From the NCBI GenBank assembly GCA_030595835.1, contig JAUVLG010000002.1, positions 19,147-83,146 of the forward strand: 64,000 nucleotides of DNA, given 5' to 3'. The translations under genes and the position numbers were made by a program. Position 1 is the first letter of the stretch, and each line of letters begins with the position of its first letter. Shown piece by piece: positions 1-9,485 of this stretch. The notes beneath the pieces were generated by a model that did no database searches, had not been told where the DNA came from, and saw only the letters and a list, made by a program, of their open reading frames with translations. The stretch is from Candidatus Eiseniibacteriota bacterium (GTDB lineage Bacteria > Joyebacterota > Joyebacteria > Joyebacterales > Joyebacteraceae).

Positions 1-1445
1 TCCCCGCCCCGCTCGCGGAGTTCGGCGATACTGCCGATGCAGTCCCGCCGCTCGCACTTCTCGCAGATCCAGATGTTCAGCGGCGTGCCCCAGTAGCGGT
101 CACGCGAAACGGCCCAGTCGACGTTGTTCTCGAGCCAGTCACCGAGCCTGTTGGCGCCGATCTCCTTGGGGTGCCACTTGATCTTGGCGTTGTTCGCGAT
201 CATCTCGCTCTTGAACTGCGTCGTCCGCACGTACCACGAGTGCCGAGCGTAGTAGACGAGCGGCGAATCGCACCGCCAGCAGAAGGGGTAGGTGTGCGTG
301 ACGGTATCGCTCTTATAGAGGGAACCACGCTTGTCCAGATCTTCGGCGATGAGCGGGTCAGCGTCCTTGATGAACATACCGGCCCACGGCTTCACCTCGG
401 ATGTGAAGCTACCCGTGTCATCGACAGGCTGGACGAACGGCAGGTCGTGCTCGACGCCCACGCGGTAGTCGTCCTCGCCGAAAGCCGGCGCCGTGTGGAC
501 GATACCGGTGCCATCCTCGAGCGTGACGAAGTCCGCGCCGATCACATACCAGGCCTTCTTGTCGACGTGCACAAACGTGTAGAGGGGCTCGTACTCCTTG
601 CCGATGAGATCTAGCCCTAAGTACTTCTCCAGAATCTCGTACTCTTCATCCAGCACGGACAGAAGGGCCTCGGCCAGTATGAGATTCTCGCCTCCCGATT
701 TCACCTTGACGTAGCTCTCGGTGGGCGCGACGGCCAGCGCGACGTTGGATATCAGTGTCCACGGCGTCGTCGTCCATACGAGGAAGGACGTATCGGGGTC
801 TTCCTTGAGCCTCATTCTGATGAAGACCGACGGGTCGACGGCGTCCCTGTAGCCTTGCGCGACCTCGTGGCTCGACAACGGCGTCCCGCAGCGCGGGCAG
901 TAGGGCAGGATCTTGTGGCCCTTGTAGATGAGGTCACGGTCCCACATCAGCTTGAGGATGTGCCAGACCGACTCGACGTAGTCGTTGGTGCACGTGACAT
1001 ACGGATCGGACAGGTCGAGCCAGTACCCCATGCGGCGGGTCAGTTCGTCCCACTCGTCCTTGTACGTGAACACACTGTGGAGGCACTTCTCGGCGAACTC
1101 GGCGACGCCGTACTTCTCGATGTCTTCCTTGCTCTCGAGATCGAGCTGCTTCTCGACCTCGATCTCGACCGGCAGCCCGTGCGTGTCCCACCCGGCCTTC
1201 CGCTCAACCAGGAAACCCTTCATCGTCTTGTAGCGACAGATGGCGTCCTTCACGGTGCGCGCCAGCACGTGATGCGTTCCCGGATGGCCGTTCGCTGTCG
1301 GAGGACCCTCGAAGAAAACGAATCTCGGGGCCTCCGCACGCTCGTCCGTGCTCCGGCGGAAGGTATCGTCGCTATCCCAGAACTCGAGCACTTCCTTCTC
1401 GATATCCGGCAGCGACTGCTTCTTATGTAGTTCCTTGAAGCTCAT
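1..1445 (-). CDS. ileS: Isoleucine--tRNA ligase, type 2 (5' part; runs off the window edge)
   Basis: Not in ORF track. Manual translation from ATG 1445 after AAGGAG: MSFKELHKKQSLPDIEKEVLEFW...FFEGPPTANGHPGTHH...GWDTHGLPVE...WTTTPWT...GTGIVHTAPAFGEDD...DWAVSRDRYWGTPL. Confidence 0.96.
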   Translation of the reverse strand, partial: MSFKELHKKQSLPDIEKEVLEFWDSDDTFRRSTDERAEAPRFVFFEGPPTANGHPGTHHVLARTVKDAICRYKTMKGFLVERKAGWDTHGLPVEIEVEKQLDLESKEDIEKYGVAEFAEKCLHSVFTYKDEWDELTRRMGYWLDLSDPYVTCTNDYVESVWHILKLMWDRDLIYKGHKILPYCPRCGTPLSSHEVAQGYRDAVDPSVFIRMRLKEDPDTSFLVWTTTPWTLISNVALAVAPTESYVKVKSGGENLILAEALLSVLDEEYEILEKYLGLDLIGKEYEPLYTFVHVDKKAWYVIGADFVTLEDGTGIVHTAPAFGEDDYRVGVEHDLPFVQPVDDTGSFTSEVKPWAGMFIKDADPLIAEDLDKRGSLYKSDTVTHTYPFCWRCDSPLVYYARHSWYVRTTQFKSEMIANNAKIKWHPKEIGANRLGDWLENNVDWAVSRDRYWGTPLNIWICEKCERRDCIGSIAELRERGG

Positions 1446-1517
1446 GCGCTCCTTAGGTACGGCTCCCACGCGCCCTCGTCTCGACACGTTGTGCGTCAAC
1501 GCGGCCCGCCTGGTGCT

Positions 1518-2348
1518 TTACATCTCCTTGACGAGACGGAAGACCAGCTGGGTCAGCTTCGGCTCGGCGCCGGCGGCGACCTTGAGGATCTCCTCGTGAC
1601 TTGCGGGCTGGAGGGCGTCCGCCAGACATACGTCGGTGATTATCGCCAGCCCCACAACTCGCATGCCGCCGTGAATGGCCACGATGTTCTCGGCCACCAT
1701 CGACATGCTGACTACGTCCGCCCCGATGGTGGTCAGGTAACGGTACTCCGCCGCCGTCTCGAGGTTCGGCCCGGCCACGCCCACGAAGACGCCCTTCCTC
1801 AGGCGTATCTTCTCATCGAGCGCGATGTCCTCAGCGAGGCGCACGAACTCGCGGTCGTACGGCTGCGACATGTCGGGGAAGCGCGGTCCCAGGGTCTCGT
1901 CGTTGGGACCGATGAGCGGGTTGTCGCCCGTCAGGTTGATCTGGTCGACGATGGCCACGATGTCGCCCTTGTCGTAGAGGGGGTTCATACCCCCGGCGGC
2001 GCACGTGAGAATGAGCTTCCCGGCGCCCAGCGCGCGCAGCACGCGGGTCGGGAAGGTCACCTCCTGCATCGTGTAGCCTTCGTAGTAGTGAACGCGCCCG
2101 TTCATAAGCGCCACGGGCTTGCCGCTCACGGTCCCGAGCACCAGCTCGCCTGCGTGGCCCTGAACACCCGACTTCGGGAAGTGCGGGATATCACCGAACG
2201 GGATCGTCGCATCCACTTCCATGCGGCTGGAGAGATTGCCCAGACCGCTGCCCAGGACAACGGCGATCTCAGGCACGACCGCAGACTGCTCGCGGATGAA
2301 CGCGACTGCCTCGTCTATCTTCTGTGTCAGCTTCAGTGTGTCTGCCAT
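1518..2348 (-). CDS. punA: Purine nucleoside phosphorylase (trimeric PNP/XapA family)
   Basis: VLGSGLG, GRVHYYEG, NPLIGPN, GPRFPDMS, GPNLETAAE motifs. Confidence 0.93.
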   Translation of the reverse strand: MADTLKLTQKIDEAVAFIREQSAVVPEIAVVLGSGLGNLSSRMEVDATIPFGDIPHFPKSGVQGHAGELVLGTVSGKPVALMNGRVHYYEGYTMQEVTFPTRVLRALGAGKLILTCAAGGMNPLYDKGDIVAIVDQINLTGDNPLIGPNDETLGPRFPDMSQPYDREFVRLAEDIALDEKIRLRKGVFVGVAGPNLETAAEYRYLTTIGADVVSMSMVAENIVAIHGGMRVVGLAIITDVCLADALQPASHEEILKVAAGAEPKLTQLVFRLVKEM

Positions 2349-2395
2349 GGTACGTTCGATCCTCCGGTATCGGTTTCGTTGCTCGCTGCCCGCAT

Positions 2396-2698
2396 CTACT
2401 CGAGACGGGCTGCCAACTGGTAGAGTGTCGCCACCAGGAACCTCTGAATGAAGTAGATAGCGAAGAACGCCAACATCGGCGAAAGGTCAAACCCTCCCTG
2501 AACAGTGAACGGCAGCTTCCTCCTGATCCAGGCCAGGAGCGGGTGCGTTATCTGCCTGAGGAACATCACCGCCGGATGCACGGACCGTGGGGCGAACCAC
2601 GAAACGATCACTATGGTGAAGAGCGCTATCATATAGAGAAGCAGCGCGATGTCGATGATGGTGGCGATGGCGCCTACGAGATTGCCCACTGCGAACAC
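2396..2698 (-). CDS. yggT: YggT family membrane protein
   Basis: Hydrophobic ~100 aa with IVSWF, ITHPLL..IRR and GGFDLSPM; follows yggS; GTG 2698 chosen as start. Confidence 0.85.
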   Translation of the reverse strand: MFAVGNLVGAIATIIDIALLLYMIALFTIVIVSWFAPRSVHPAVMFLRQITHPLLAWIRRKLPFTVQGGFDLSPMLAFFAIYFIQRFLVATLYQLAARLE

Positions 2699-2703
2699 GG
2701 TCT

Positions 2704-3390
2704 CTACCCTCGCTCCCCGAAGATTGCTCTGCCTACCCGCACGATCGTGGCGCCCTCCTCGATGGCCACCTCGTAGTCGTTGGTCATGCCCATCGACAGG
2801 TGTTCCATTGAGACGCCGGGGATGACCCTCTCCTCTATAGCACTTCTGAGCTCCCGAAGTCGTCTGAAGCACGGGCGGACATCCTCGGGGTCCGGCAGGA
2901 ATGCCCCGATGGTCATGAGCCCCAGGATCTTGAGCCGCGGCAGATCGGCCATCTCCTCGAGGGCCGCCACCGTCTCATCGGGCTCCAGCCCGAACTTCGT
3001 CTCCTCGCCGGAAGTGTTCACCTCGACCAGCACATCGATGTCGACACCCGTGGATTCGCACGCGATCGAGATCTCACGAGCCAGGCGGACACTGTCCACC
3101 GACTGGATCATATCGAAGAGCGGGAGAGCCTTCCTGACCTTGTTGGTCTGAAGGTGCCCCACCAGGTGCTTCTCGACGGGCGGCAGCTCTCCTTTGAACT
3201 TCCGCTCGGCCTCCTGCACCCTGTTCTCCCCGATGCAGGTGACCCCCGCCTCAATTGCCTCGATGATGAGGGCCGGCTCCACCGTCTTCGTAATGCCGAC
3301 CAGCGTGACGTCACCGGGGTCTCGCAACGCCCGGGCCGCCGCGGCCTCGATCCGGTCACGAACCTCCCTGACGTTGTCGGCGATGGCCAA
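2704..3390 (-). CDS. yggS: YggS/PLPBP pyridoxal phosphate homeostasis protein
   Basis: ITKTV, GENRVQE, HLVGHLQTNK, GLMTIG, LSMGMTNDY, VRVGRAIFG; TTG start after GGAGG. Confidence 0.95.
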   Translation of the reverse strand: MAIADNVREVRDRIEAAAARALRDPGDVTLVGITKTVEPALIIEAIEAGVTCIGENRVQEAERKFKGELPPVEKHLVGHLQTNKVRKALPLFDMIQSVDSVRLAREISIACESTGVDIDVLVEVNTSGEETKFGLEPDETVAALEEMADLPRLKILGLMTIGAFLPDPEDVRPCFRRLRELRSAIEERVIPGVSMEHLSMGMTNDYEVAIEEGATIVRVGRAIFGERG

Positions 3391-3426
3391 GATACTGCCT
3401 CCGGTCCGGGTTCAGTAGAACCATAT

Positions 3427-3455
3427 ATTATAGTCTGAGGCTGGGGGGTCGGCAA
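3427..3455 (-). promoter_or_regulatory. Sigma70-type promoter for yggS-yggT-punA-ileS
   Basis: TTGCCG-N17-TATAAT on minus strand. Confidence 0.65.
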
Positions 3456-3653
3456 CGCAAAAACAGCCCGGACGACGCTCCCCCAGCCACGCCGGCACCC
3501 CCTGACAGCCCGAAAACACGCGCTGTGCAGTCTTTTCCGCTTGCCCTGCCTTGCCCGCTGATGCTAGCCTATGCGGACGCGCAAAGAGCGTGGGTACAGC
3601 GTAACAACACCTGTGTGAGGTCCGTACAGGGACGGCACTCGGAGGAGAACCGG

Positions 3654-4136
3654 ATGAGCAAGACAGTTGCAGGCGGCTTCAAACCACGTGTTCTGGTCTT
3701 CTGCTGCAACTGGTGCGCGTACGCCGGCGCAGACCTGGCAGGCGTGTCCAGACTCAAGATAACTCCACATTTCCGGGTTATCAGAACCATGTGCTCGGGC
3801 CGCGTGGATCCCGAGCTCATTCTTGAGGCCTTCGCAGAGGGCGCGGACGGGGTCATGGTCGCGGGGTGCCACCCTGGCGACTGCCACTATATGGAAGGCA
3901 ACTACAAGACCATGCGGCGCATGGCCTTCCTGAAGAAGCTCGTCTCGGACCTGGGACTCGAGCCGGACAGACTGGCGCTCGAGTGGGTGTCGGCCGGCGA
4001 GGGAAGCAGGTTCCGCGAGGTCATCAACGGGTTCGTCGAGAAGATCATCGAGCTTGGGCCCAGCCCGATCGGAAAGAGGGCCGAGGCAAGGACGGGCCTG
4101 GACGCAGTGGGCCGTGGCGAAGCAGTGGGCGGCTGA
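3654..4136 (+). CDS. mvhD: MvhD/FlpD-type [2Fe-2S] hydrogenase/heterodisulfide reductase-associated subunit
   Basis: FCCNWCAYAGADLAG, MCSGRVDP, GADGV.VAGCHPGDCHY..GN, WVSAGEG; ATG 3654 after GGAGGAG. Confidence 0.92.
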   Translation: MSKTVAGGFKPRVLVFCCNWCAYAGADLAGVSRLKITPHFRVIRTMCSGRVDPELILEAFAEGADGVMVAGCHPGDCHYMEGNYKTMRRMAFLKKLVSDLGLEPDRLALEWVSAGEGSRFREVINGFVEKIIELGPSPIGKRAEARTGLDAVGRGEAVGG

Positions 4137-4165
4137 CCAGTAGCCGGACGACCAAAGGAGATCGG

Positions 4166-4198
4166 GTAGGGCGGGGCCTCGCGGCCCCGTCTTCCTAC
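4166..4198. terminator. GC-rich hairpin between convergent genes
   Basis: GTAGG-GCGGGGCC-tcgc-GGCCCCGT-ctt-CCTAC. Confidence 0.5.
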
Positions 4199-4330
4199 AC
4201 CACCGGACGTACGGCTCCGTGTCCGGCTGTTCATGGGGAGCACATGAGGCTCTGAAGAGCCCCCTAATCTGCGTCGTCGTTGCGTGCCCTGCCCGTTTGC
4301 CACGGGGTTCCCCTAGCCCCGGCGCTGCCG

Positions 4331-7300
4331 CTACTTCATAAGGACGACCTTCCTGGTCAGCGCGGTGTCTTCTGCCGTCAGACGAACGAAGTAGATACCC
4401 GATGCAACGGGCACACCGTGACTGTCCGTGCCGTCCCAGGTAACAGAGCTCCGCCCGCCGGCCACTCTGCCGCTGGCAAGTGTTGTCACACGCGCACCGG
4501 CGATGTTGAAGACCGCCAGGTCGATGTCGGCGCCGCCGTCCGGAACGGCGTAGGCGATCATCGTGACGGGGTTGAACGGGTTGGGTACGTTCTGATCAAG
4601 CCTTGCCCCGGACACCGACCAGGATTCGTCCCCGGGCACGCCGACCTCGAGTTCGTAGTTGTAGAAGCCCGTGCGCCTGCTGTTGTGGCGCCAGCTGCCC
4701 CACTCGACGCCGTCTCCGTCGTCGTATGAGCCCTCGGTATCCCAGACGTAGACCAATCCGTCCATGCCGGAGACGATGACCTCAACGTCGCCATCGAGAT
4801 CGAGATCGGCCAGGGCCGGCGACGAGATGACCTCACCGTCTGTCTGGATGGGCCATCCGGCCAGCGGGGAGCCGTCGGTGTCGTATCCGTAGACCTTCCC
4901 GTTGTTGGAGCCCACCACTATCTCGACGTCCGGGTCGTTGTCGATGTTCCCCACCGACACGCTGCCGCGCTTGTCATTGAAGTCGCCGCCGACCATTGTC
5001 TGCGGCCACCCGGGGTAGACGGCGCCCTCCCAGGTCCAGACGTGGATCTTCGCGTCCGTACTCGTTATCAGGATCTCGAGGTCACCATCTCCGTCCAGGT
5101 CGGCAAGCGTTGGCGATGACGCGAAGTCGTCGTTCTGCACGCACGGCTGGGGCCAGTTTGGGAAGACCGATCCGTCGCTGGAGAAGAGCCAGACCTCGTT
5201 GCTGTTCGATGAGGCGACGACCTCTATCATGCCGTTGTTGTTCACGTCGCCGACTGCGACGGAACCTCTGGCGTCACCGCCGACGTTGACGGGCCATCCC
5301 TGCACCATTGATCCATCGGGGTTGAAGCAGTAGATGCTGTCCGAACGGGATGGAACGACGATCTCCAGATCGTAGTCGTGGTCGATGTCGACCACGGCCA
5401 CGGAGCCGAAGGCCCAGCTGGCGTCCAGCGAGGCGAAGGTGCCGTTTGGATTCAGGAACCCGGAGCCGTCAGCGTTCCACACGTAGAGATAGCCGTCCGC
5501 GCATGGAAGGATGATCTCATCGATGCCGTCGTGGTCCAGATCGGAGAGGGTGGGAGTGGCCCAGCAGAGCTTGTTCAACAAGACAGGCCAATTACCCGGG
5601 AGTACCGTTCCGTCCTCGGCGTTCCAGGCCCAGATCTCGTAGGCGGGATGCCCCTCGGGTCCCACGTCGCCGAAGGCGGCCCCCACGAGCTCCAGATACG
5701 GGTCACTGTCGAGCTGTCCGACGGCGATGGAGGACCTGTAGCCGCCCGTGCCTTCCTCAGCGAGCACGCCCTCCGTCCTCGGGTCGCCGTCACCATCAAT
5801 GATCTCGGTGCCGTCGTGATGCCAACCGTAGATCTCGCCCGACCCCACGAGCACCTCTAAGTCACCGTCCAGGTCCACGTCCACCGCGAGGGGGGAGCCG
5901 TACATGGCCTCGCCGCCCATCAGGGGCCATCCTGCCTGTGCCGGCGGGTTCGTGTTGATCTCAAGCGTGTCAGAGTGAACTCCCTCGTTGCCTGATGAGT
6001 CGATGGCGCTCACGTAGTAGTAGTACCTCTGATTCTCGGCGAGCCCCGCGTCCTCGTAGCAGGAGATCCGCTCGATGACGGCGGAGTTGACCTGCTCGAA
6101 CGTCCCGAAGGGATGGTCGGTCCTGTAGATGTCGTAGCCCCAGAGGTCCTCCGTGACGTCGGGATCCCACGTGAGGTAGATGGTCGTGGCCTTGACCCGG
6201 CCGTCGAGCCCCGTGGGTATGGGAGGTGCCACGACATCGAAGTTCTTGACCCACGTCTTCCCGTCCTCATCCGTCAGCACCAGTTCAAACTCCTGCGTGA
6301 TGGCGGAATTGACCGTGAAGACAAAGCCGGTCTGGCCGGAGGCGGCCGCGCCTGCTGCGATGTCACCCCACGTGTCCAGGCTGTCGGATATGGACACCTC
6401 CGCTGACGGGTAGTTCAGCTCGGCGCTCACGACGTCGGCCTCGCCGTTGCCCTCGTTCAGGATGTCGATCGTCAGAGTGACCGTCTCTCCGACGTGCGGG
6501 ACGCCGTCGTTGCCGTCATCGTAGTTGTTGCGGAGCTGCGTCAGGATCGGACGGAGCACCCTGAGGGTGTACGTGTCCGTCCAACTGCCGCGTGCCGGCT
6601 CGTCGAACTGGAGCGTGAACTCGATGTCGTAGTCGTTCGGGCACGAGTCCGCAATGTCGACCGAGAAAGCGGCCGGGTAGGCCACCTGGCTCGTTGCTCC
6701 GATGGTCCCCAGCGACTCCGTACCGTCTACGAGCGCCGCGTACGGGTCGGTAGTGGAGAGCGTTGCAGTGACGCCGGTCGCAGCCGTCAGGCCACCGTTT
6801 CCGACCGTGATGCCGAGTTCGACCGTCTCGCCGGCTTCGGCGCTGCCGTTGGCGTTGCCGTCGCTTCCGCCCACGGCATCGTCATCGACCGTGGTGGAGC
6901 GCAGTGTGAGGTGTGCGCCCGTGGACGACGTCACGCCGACTGAATCTTCGTAGGGGTAGTGGTTCTTCGCGGTAACGGTGATGGTCATTGAGCCCGTCGT
7001 CTGGGGCGTGAACGACAGTACCACCTGGCCGGACGCGTTGGTGTAGCCAGTCGCGTAGACCTCATCGTCCTTGACCAGACAGACAAGCGCGCTGTCTACC
7101 GCGGCCGGGTCGACCACGGTGACTGTCAGGTCGGTTGCGCCGAGCGGCACGCTCGAGTCGTGGATGGCCGACAGCGCTACGGGCCTCTTAGTCCAGAGGC
7201 GTGACTCCGGGTCGCCCAGGAACACGTAGCTCATCTGAGTCCAGCGATCCGTGTTGTCGTAGGACGACTCCGGCACGTAGGGGATCTTGCACATCGCGGA

Positions 7301-9034
7301 CACAACACCGGTTCTGTCGACTCCGTCGTAGAGCAGCTCGTGCCACGTGTAGTAGTAGTCTTTGGCCGTCGTGGGGAAGCAGAATCGCGTTGGGCCGAAG
7401 ACGAACGTTGAACCGCCGTTCGGGTTGTTCATGAAATGCTCGGCGATGCAGTCTTCCTCCGTCTTCGTTGACGTGCAGTTCAGCATCCAGAGGAAACCGC
7501 ATCTCTCGACCCCATTCGTGAGTGCATCGACGTCCTGGACCGTGATGTACTCGTTCTTGCTACACCGCAGGATGTCCTTGTTGCCGTGTCCCACGTGCGA
7601 TGTGATGTTGTGGCCGACGTTCAGCGAGTCCAGGGCCGCCTGTGCCGTCAGCTCGAACGACTCGGGGAACGGCTGGTAGTTCTGGTACACGAGCGCCGGG
7701 TGTACCTCGGGCGGGAGAAGCGGCAGGACCGGCTCGACTACGTGCTCGGCGCCGTCGGTGCTGATGAGCTGTCCCTCTTCCCAGTCGTAGGGAAACAGCA
7801 CTTCCGCCAAATACAGATTTCGAGCCGCGAAGAGGCCGTCGGGCATCTTCTCGTAGGTCAGCGTCTTCGTAACGAACGTCTCGACCTCGAGAGTGTTGGC
7901 TGTAGGCGCTCTGCCGACGAAGATGTCGGGGTACAGGTCAACGCTGTCGCCGGGAGACGTTACGCCCGCGTACCCCTCGCCGAACTTGCTGTCGCCGTCC
8001 AGGTTCCAGTTGTCGTCCAGGTCCGAGTAGTAGAGGTCGTTCGTCACCTCCCAGCCCCCGTAGTAAGCGGACCAGGCGTCCCTGATGGGCACGATGTTCG
8101 TTTCGCCGCCGAGCAGGATGAAGGTCGTTCCCCAGGACTCATACGCGTCCTGGATGAAGAAGCGAATGCGCTCGGTCAGGTCGGTCCCGCCAGAGTAGTT
8201 GGCATCGATCCAGGACACCGTCCGAATGACTGTCGGGATGCCCTTCTTCATCTTCCAGTCCACCAGGTCCTGGAAGTACGGCGCGAACTCGTCGCTCGTG
8301 ATGATGACGTACTCGACCGGGCTGCCCTCGAGTGACGGAGTGTAGCGGGGCATGAACCCATCCACACCTACTCCATCGACAACGTCGAGGTTCTGGAGCT
8401 TCCCTGCTACGTCCCACGGATTTTCCACCAGGCCCTCGACCAGTTCTCTATACAGTTTCTCGGAGCTTGCCGTCACCCGTATTCTCGGGTGCGCGCGGTT
8501 CGTGGCCGGCGTAAGCTCGAGTGCGACGGATACGTCGCTGGCCAGGATCAGCCGTCCACTCCCGGGCGAGTACTGCAATGGGTAGACCGCCACGCTCGCG
8601 ATGCGGTAGCCGCCCATGTAGCCCTCTCCGAGGTACTCGATACGGTTGCGGGGATAAAGCTCGTCGCTCTCATAGACGGAGCGGTCGGGATCGGCCCACA
8701 CGGCCGTCTCACCGATCGGCACCTCCGGCTGAGCGGGGAGAACTCTGTGGACTCCCGGGAGTTCCTCCTCGATGAGGTGGGAGATGGTCACGCCCTCCAC
8801 ACGCATGTCAGACGGCACCACGAAGCGCAGCACCCTCACGGGCAGCTCGGGCATCCCGACATCAGAGAGAGACCGGCATCCCTGCACGGTGACTTTCGAG
8901 AACTCACCCGCGGGTGCCACCGAAACCGCTTCACTGCTAAAAGATGTGTCGGTCGCGGGCCCTGCGGCCCATGCCGGCAGCGCCATGCACACGACGGCGA
9001 TGAGCAGCCAGTGTGCGAGGTATCTCGGGGCCAT
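4331..9034 (-). CDS. Secreted gingipain-like C25 cysteine peptidase with propeptide, Ig/FN3 domains, FG-GAP/VCBS repeats and C-terminal FlgD-Ig/T9SS-like domain
   Basis: Signal peptide; EYVIIT, LLGGET, DLYYSDLD, VGRAP, catalytic HVGHG and NC, FLGDP; repeated DLDGDG/GWP units; C-terminal NVPNPFNP...WDG...GIYFVRL...RKVVLMK. Confidence 0.9.
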   Translation of the reverse strand: MAPRYLAHWLLIAVVCMALPAWAAGPATDTSFSSEAVSVAPAGEFSKVTVQGCRSLSDVGMPELPVRVLRFVVPSDMRVEGVTISHLIEEELPGVHRVLPAQPEVPIGETAVWADPDRSVYESDELYPRNRIEYLGEGYMGGYRIASVAVYPLQYSPGSGRLILASDVSVALELTPATNRAHPRIRVTASSEKLYRELVEGLVENPWDVAGKLQNLDVVDGVGVDGFMPRYTPSLEGSPVEYVIITSDEFAPYFQDLVDWKMKKGIPTVIRTVSWIDANYSGGTDLTERIRFFIQDAYESWGTTFILLGGETNIVPIRDAWSAYYGGWEVTNDLYYSDLDDNWNLDGDSKFGEGYAGVTSPGDSVDLYPDIFVGRAPTANTLEVETFVTKTLTYEKMPDGLFAARNLYLAEVLFPYDWEEGQLISTDGAEHVVEPVLPLLPPEVHPALVYQNYQPFPESFELTAQAALDSLNVGHNITSHVGHGNKDILRCSKNEYITVQDVDALTNGVERCGFLWMLNCTSTKTEEDCIAEHFMNNPNGGSTFVFGPTRFCFPTTAKDYYYTWHELLYDGVDRTGVVSAMCKIPYVPESSYDNTDRWTQMSYVFLGDPESRLWTKRPVALSAIHDSSVPLGATDLTVTVVDPAAVDSALVCLVKDDEVYATGYTNASGQVVLSFTPQTTGSMTITVTAKNHYPYEDSVGVTSSTGAHLTLRSTTVDDDAVGGSDGNANGSAEAGETVELGITVGNGGLTAATGVTATLSTTDPYAALVDGTESLGTIGATSQVAYPAAFSVDIADSCPNDYDIEFTLQFDEPARGSWTDTYTLRVLRPILTQLRNNYDDGNDGVPHVGETVTLTIDILNEGNGEADVVSAELNYPSAEVSISDSLDTWGDIAAGAAASGQTGFVFTVNSAITQEFELVLTDEDGKTWVKNFDVVAPPIPTGLDGRVKATTIYLTWDPDVTEDLWGYDIYRTDHPFGTFEQVNSAVIERISCYEDAGLAENQRYYYYVSAIDSSGNEGVHSDTLEINTNPPAQAGWPLMGGEAMYGSPLAVDVDLDGDLEVLVGSGEIYGWHHDGTEIIDGDGDPRTEGVLAEEGTGGYRSSIAVGQLDSDPYLELVGAAFGDVGPEGHPAYEIWAWNAEDGTVLPGNWPVLLNKLCWATPTLSDLDHDGIDEIILPCADGYLYVWNADGSGFLNPNGTFASLDASWAFGSVAVVDIDHDYDLEIVVPSRSDSIYCFNPDGSMVQGWPVNVGGDARGSVAVGDVNNNGMIEVVASSNSNEVWLFSSDGSVFPNWPQPCVQNDDFASSPTLADLDGDGDLEILITSTDAKIHVWTWEGAVYPGWPQTMVGGDFNDKRGSVSVGNIDNDPDVEIVVGSNNGKVYGYDTDGSPLAGWPIQTDGEVISSPALADLDLDGDVEVIVSGMDGLVYVWDTEGSYDDGDGVEWGSWRHNSRRTGFYNYELEVGVPGDESWSVSGARLDQNVPNPFNPVTMIAYAVPDGGADIDLAVFNIAGARVTTLASGRVAGGRSSVTWDGTDSHGVPVASGIYFVRLTAEDTALTRKVVLMK

Positions 9035-9312
9035 CGTTGTTCTCCTCTCTCACCAGGTGGGACCGTGACGTCCACCACAGATAGTTACAGGACCGAGGTC
9101 TTCTCACGACGACTCCCGATCCTGGCATTGCCAGGAACGACAAGGCGATGAACACTGCGCCGGCGCTGCAGGGCGGAATCACAAGGTGTTGCCCCGTCGC
9201 TATTCCGGCTTCGCTGTTGCACTGAGAAGCAGTAGCAGTGTTGTCTTAGCAGTGCTCCCGTTGCCCCGTCGGCTTCCCGACCTGAGCTTACGTTTTGAGG
9301 GATTATAGAAGG

Positions 9313-9341
9313 ATTTTACCACAAAAAGCCACGGGGGTCAA
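9313..9341 (-). promoter_or_regulatory. Sigma70-type promoter of the first C25 gene
   Basis: TTGACC-N17-TAAAAT on minus strand; extra TATAAT at 9302-9307. Confidence 0.7.
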
Positions 9342-9485
9342 GGATGTTCCCAGTCCCTGACCCCCCGCAGCTTGTCTGAGTTTGCCTGTCGTCGCGTGGT
9401 GCTACTCTGGAGAAGCCCCGCTTGGCAGGTCTTTCCGGACGATCCGACCAGACCACATGGAACGGTCGGGCTCACCCGTTCCGAG

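Noticed and set aside
1446-1517. T-box leader for ileS
   Set aside because: The gap is only about 70 nt and has no T-box motif.
3654-4136. Selenocysteine in MvhD
   Set aside because: All ligand positions are Cys codons; no in-frame TGA.
4200-4330. c-di-GMP-I riboswitch-like words (GGCAAAC...GACGCA) on the minus strand
   Set aside because: No GNRA-capped stem, and it lies between convergent gene ends with nothing to regulate.
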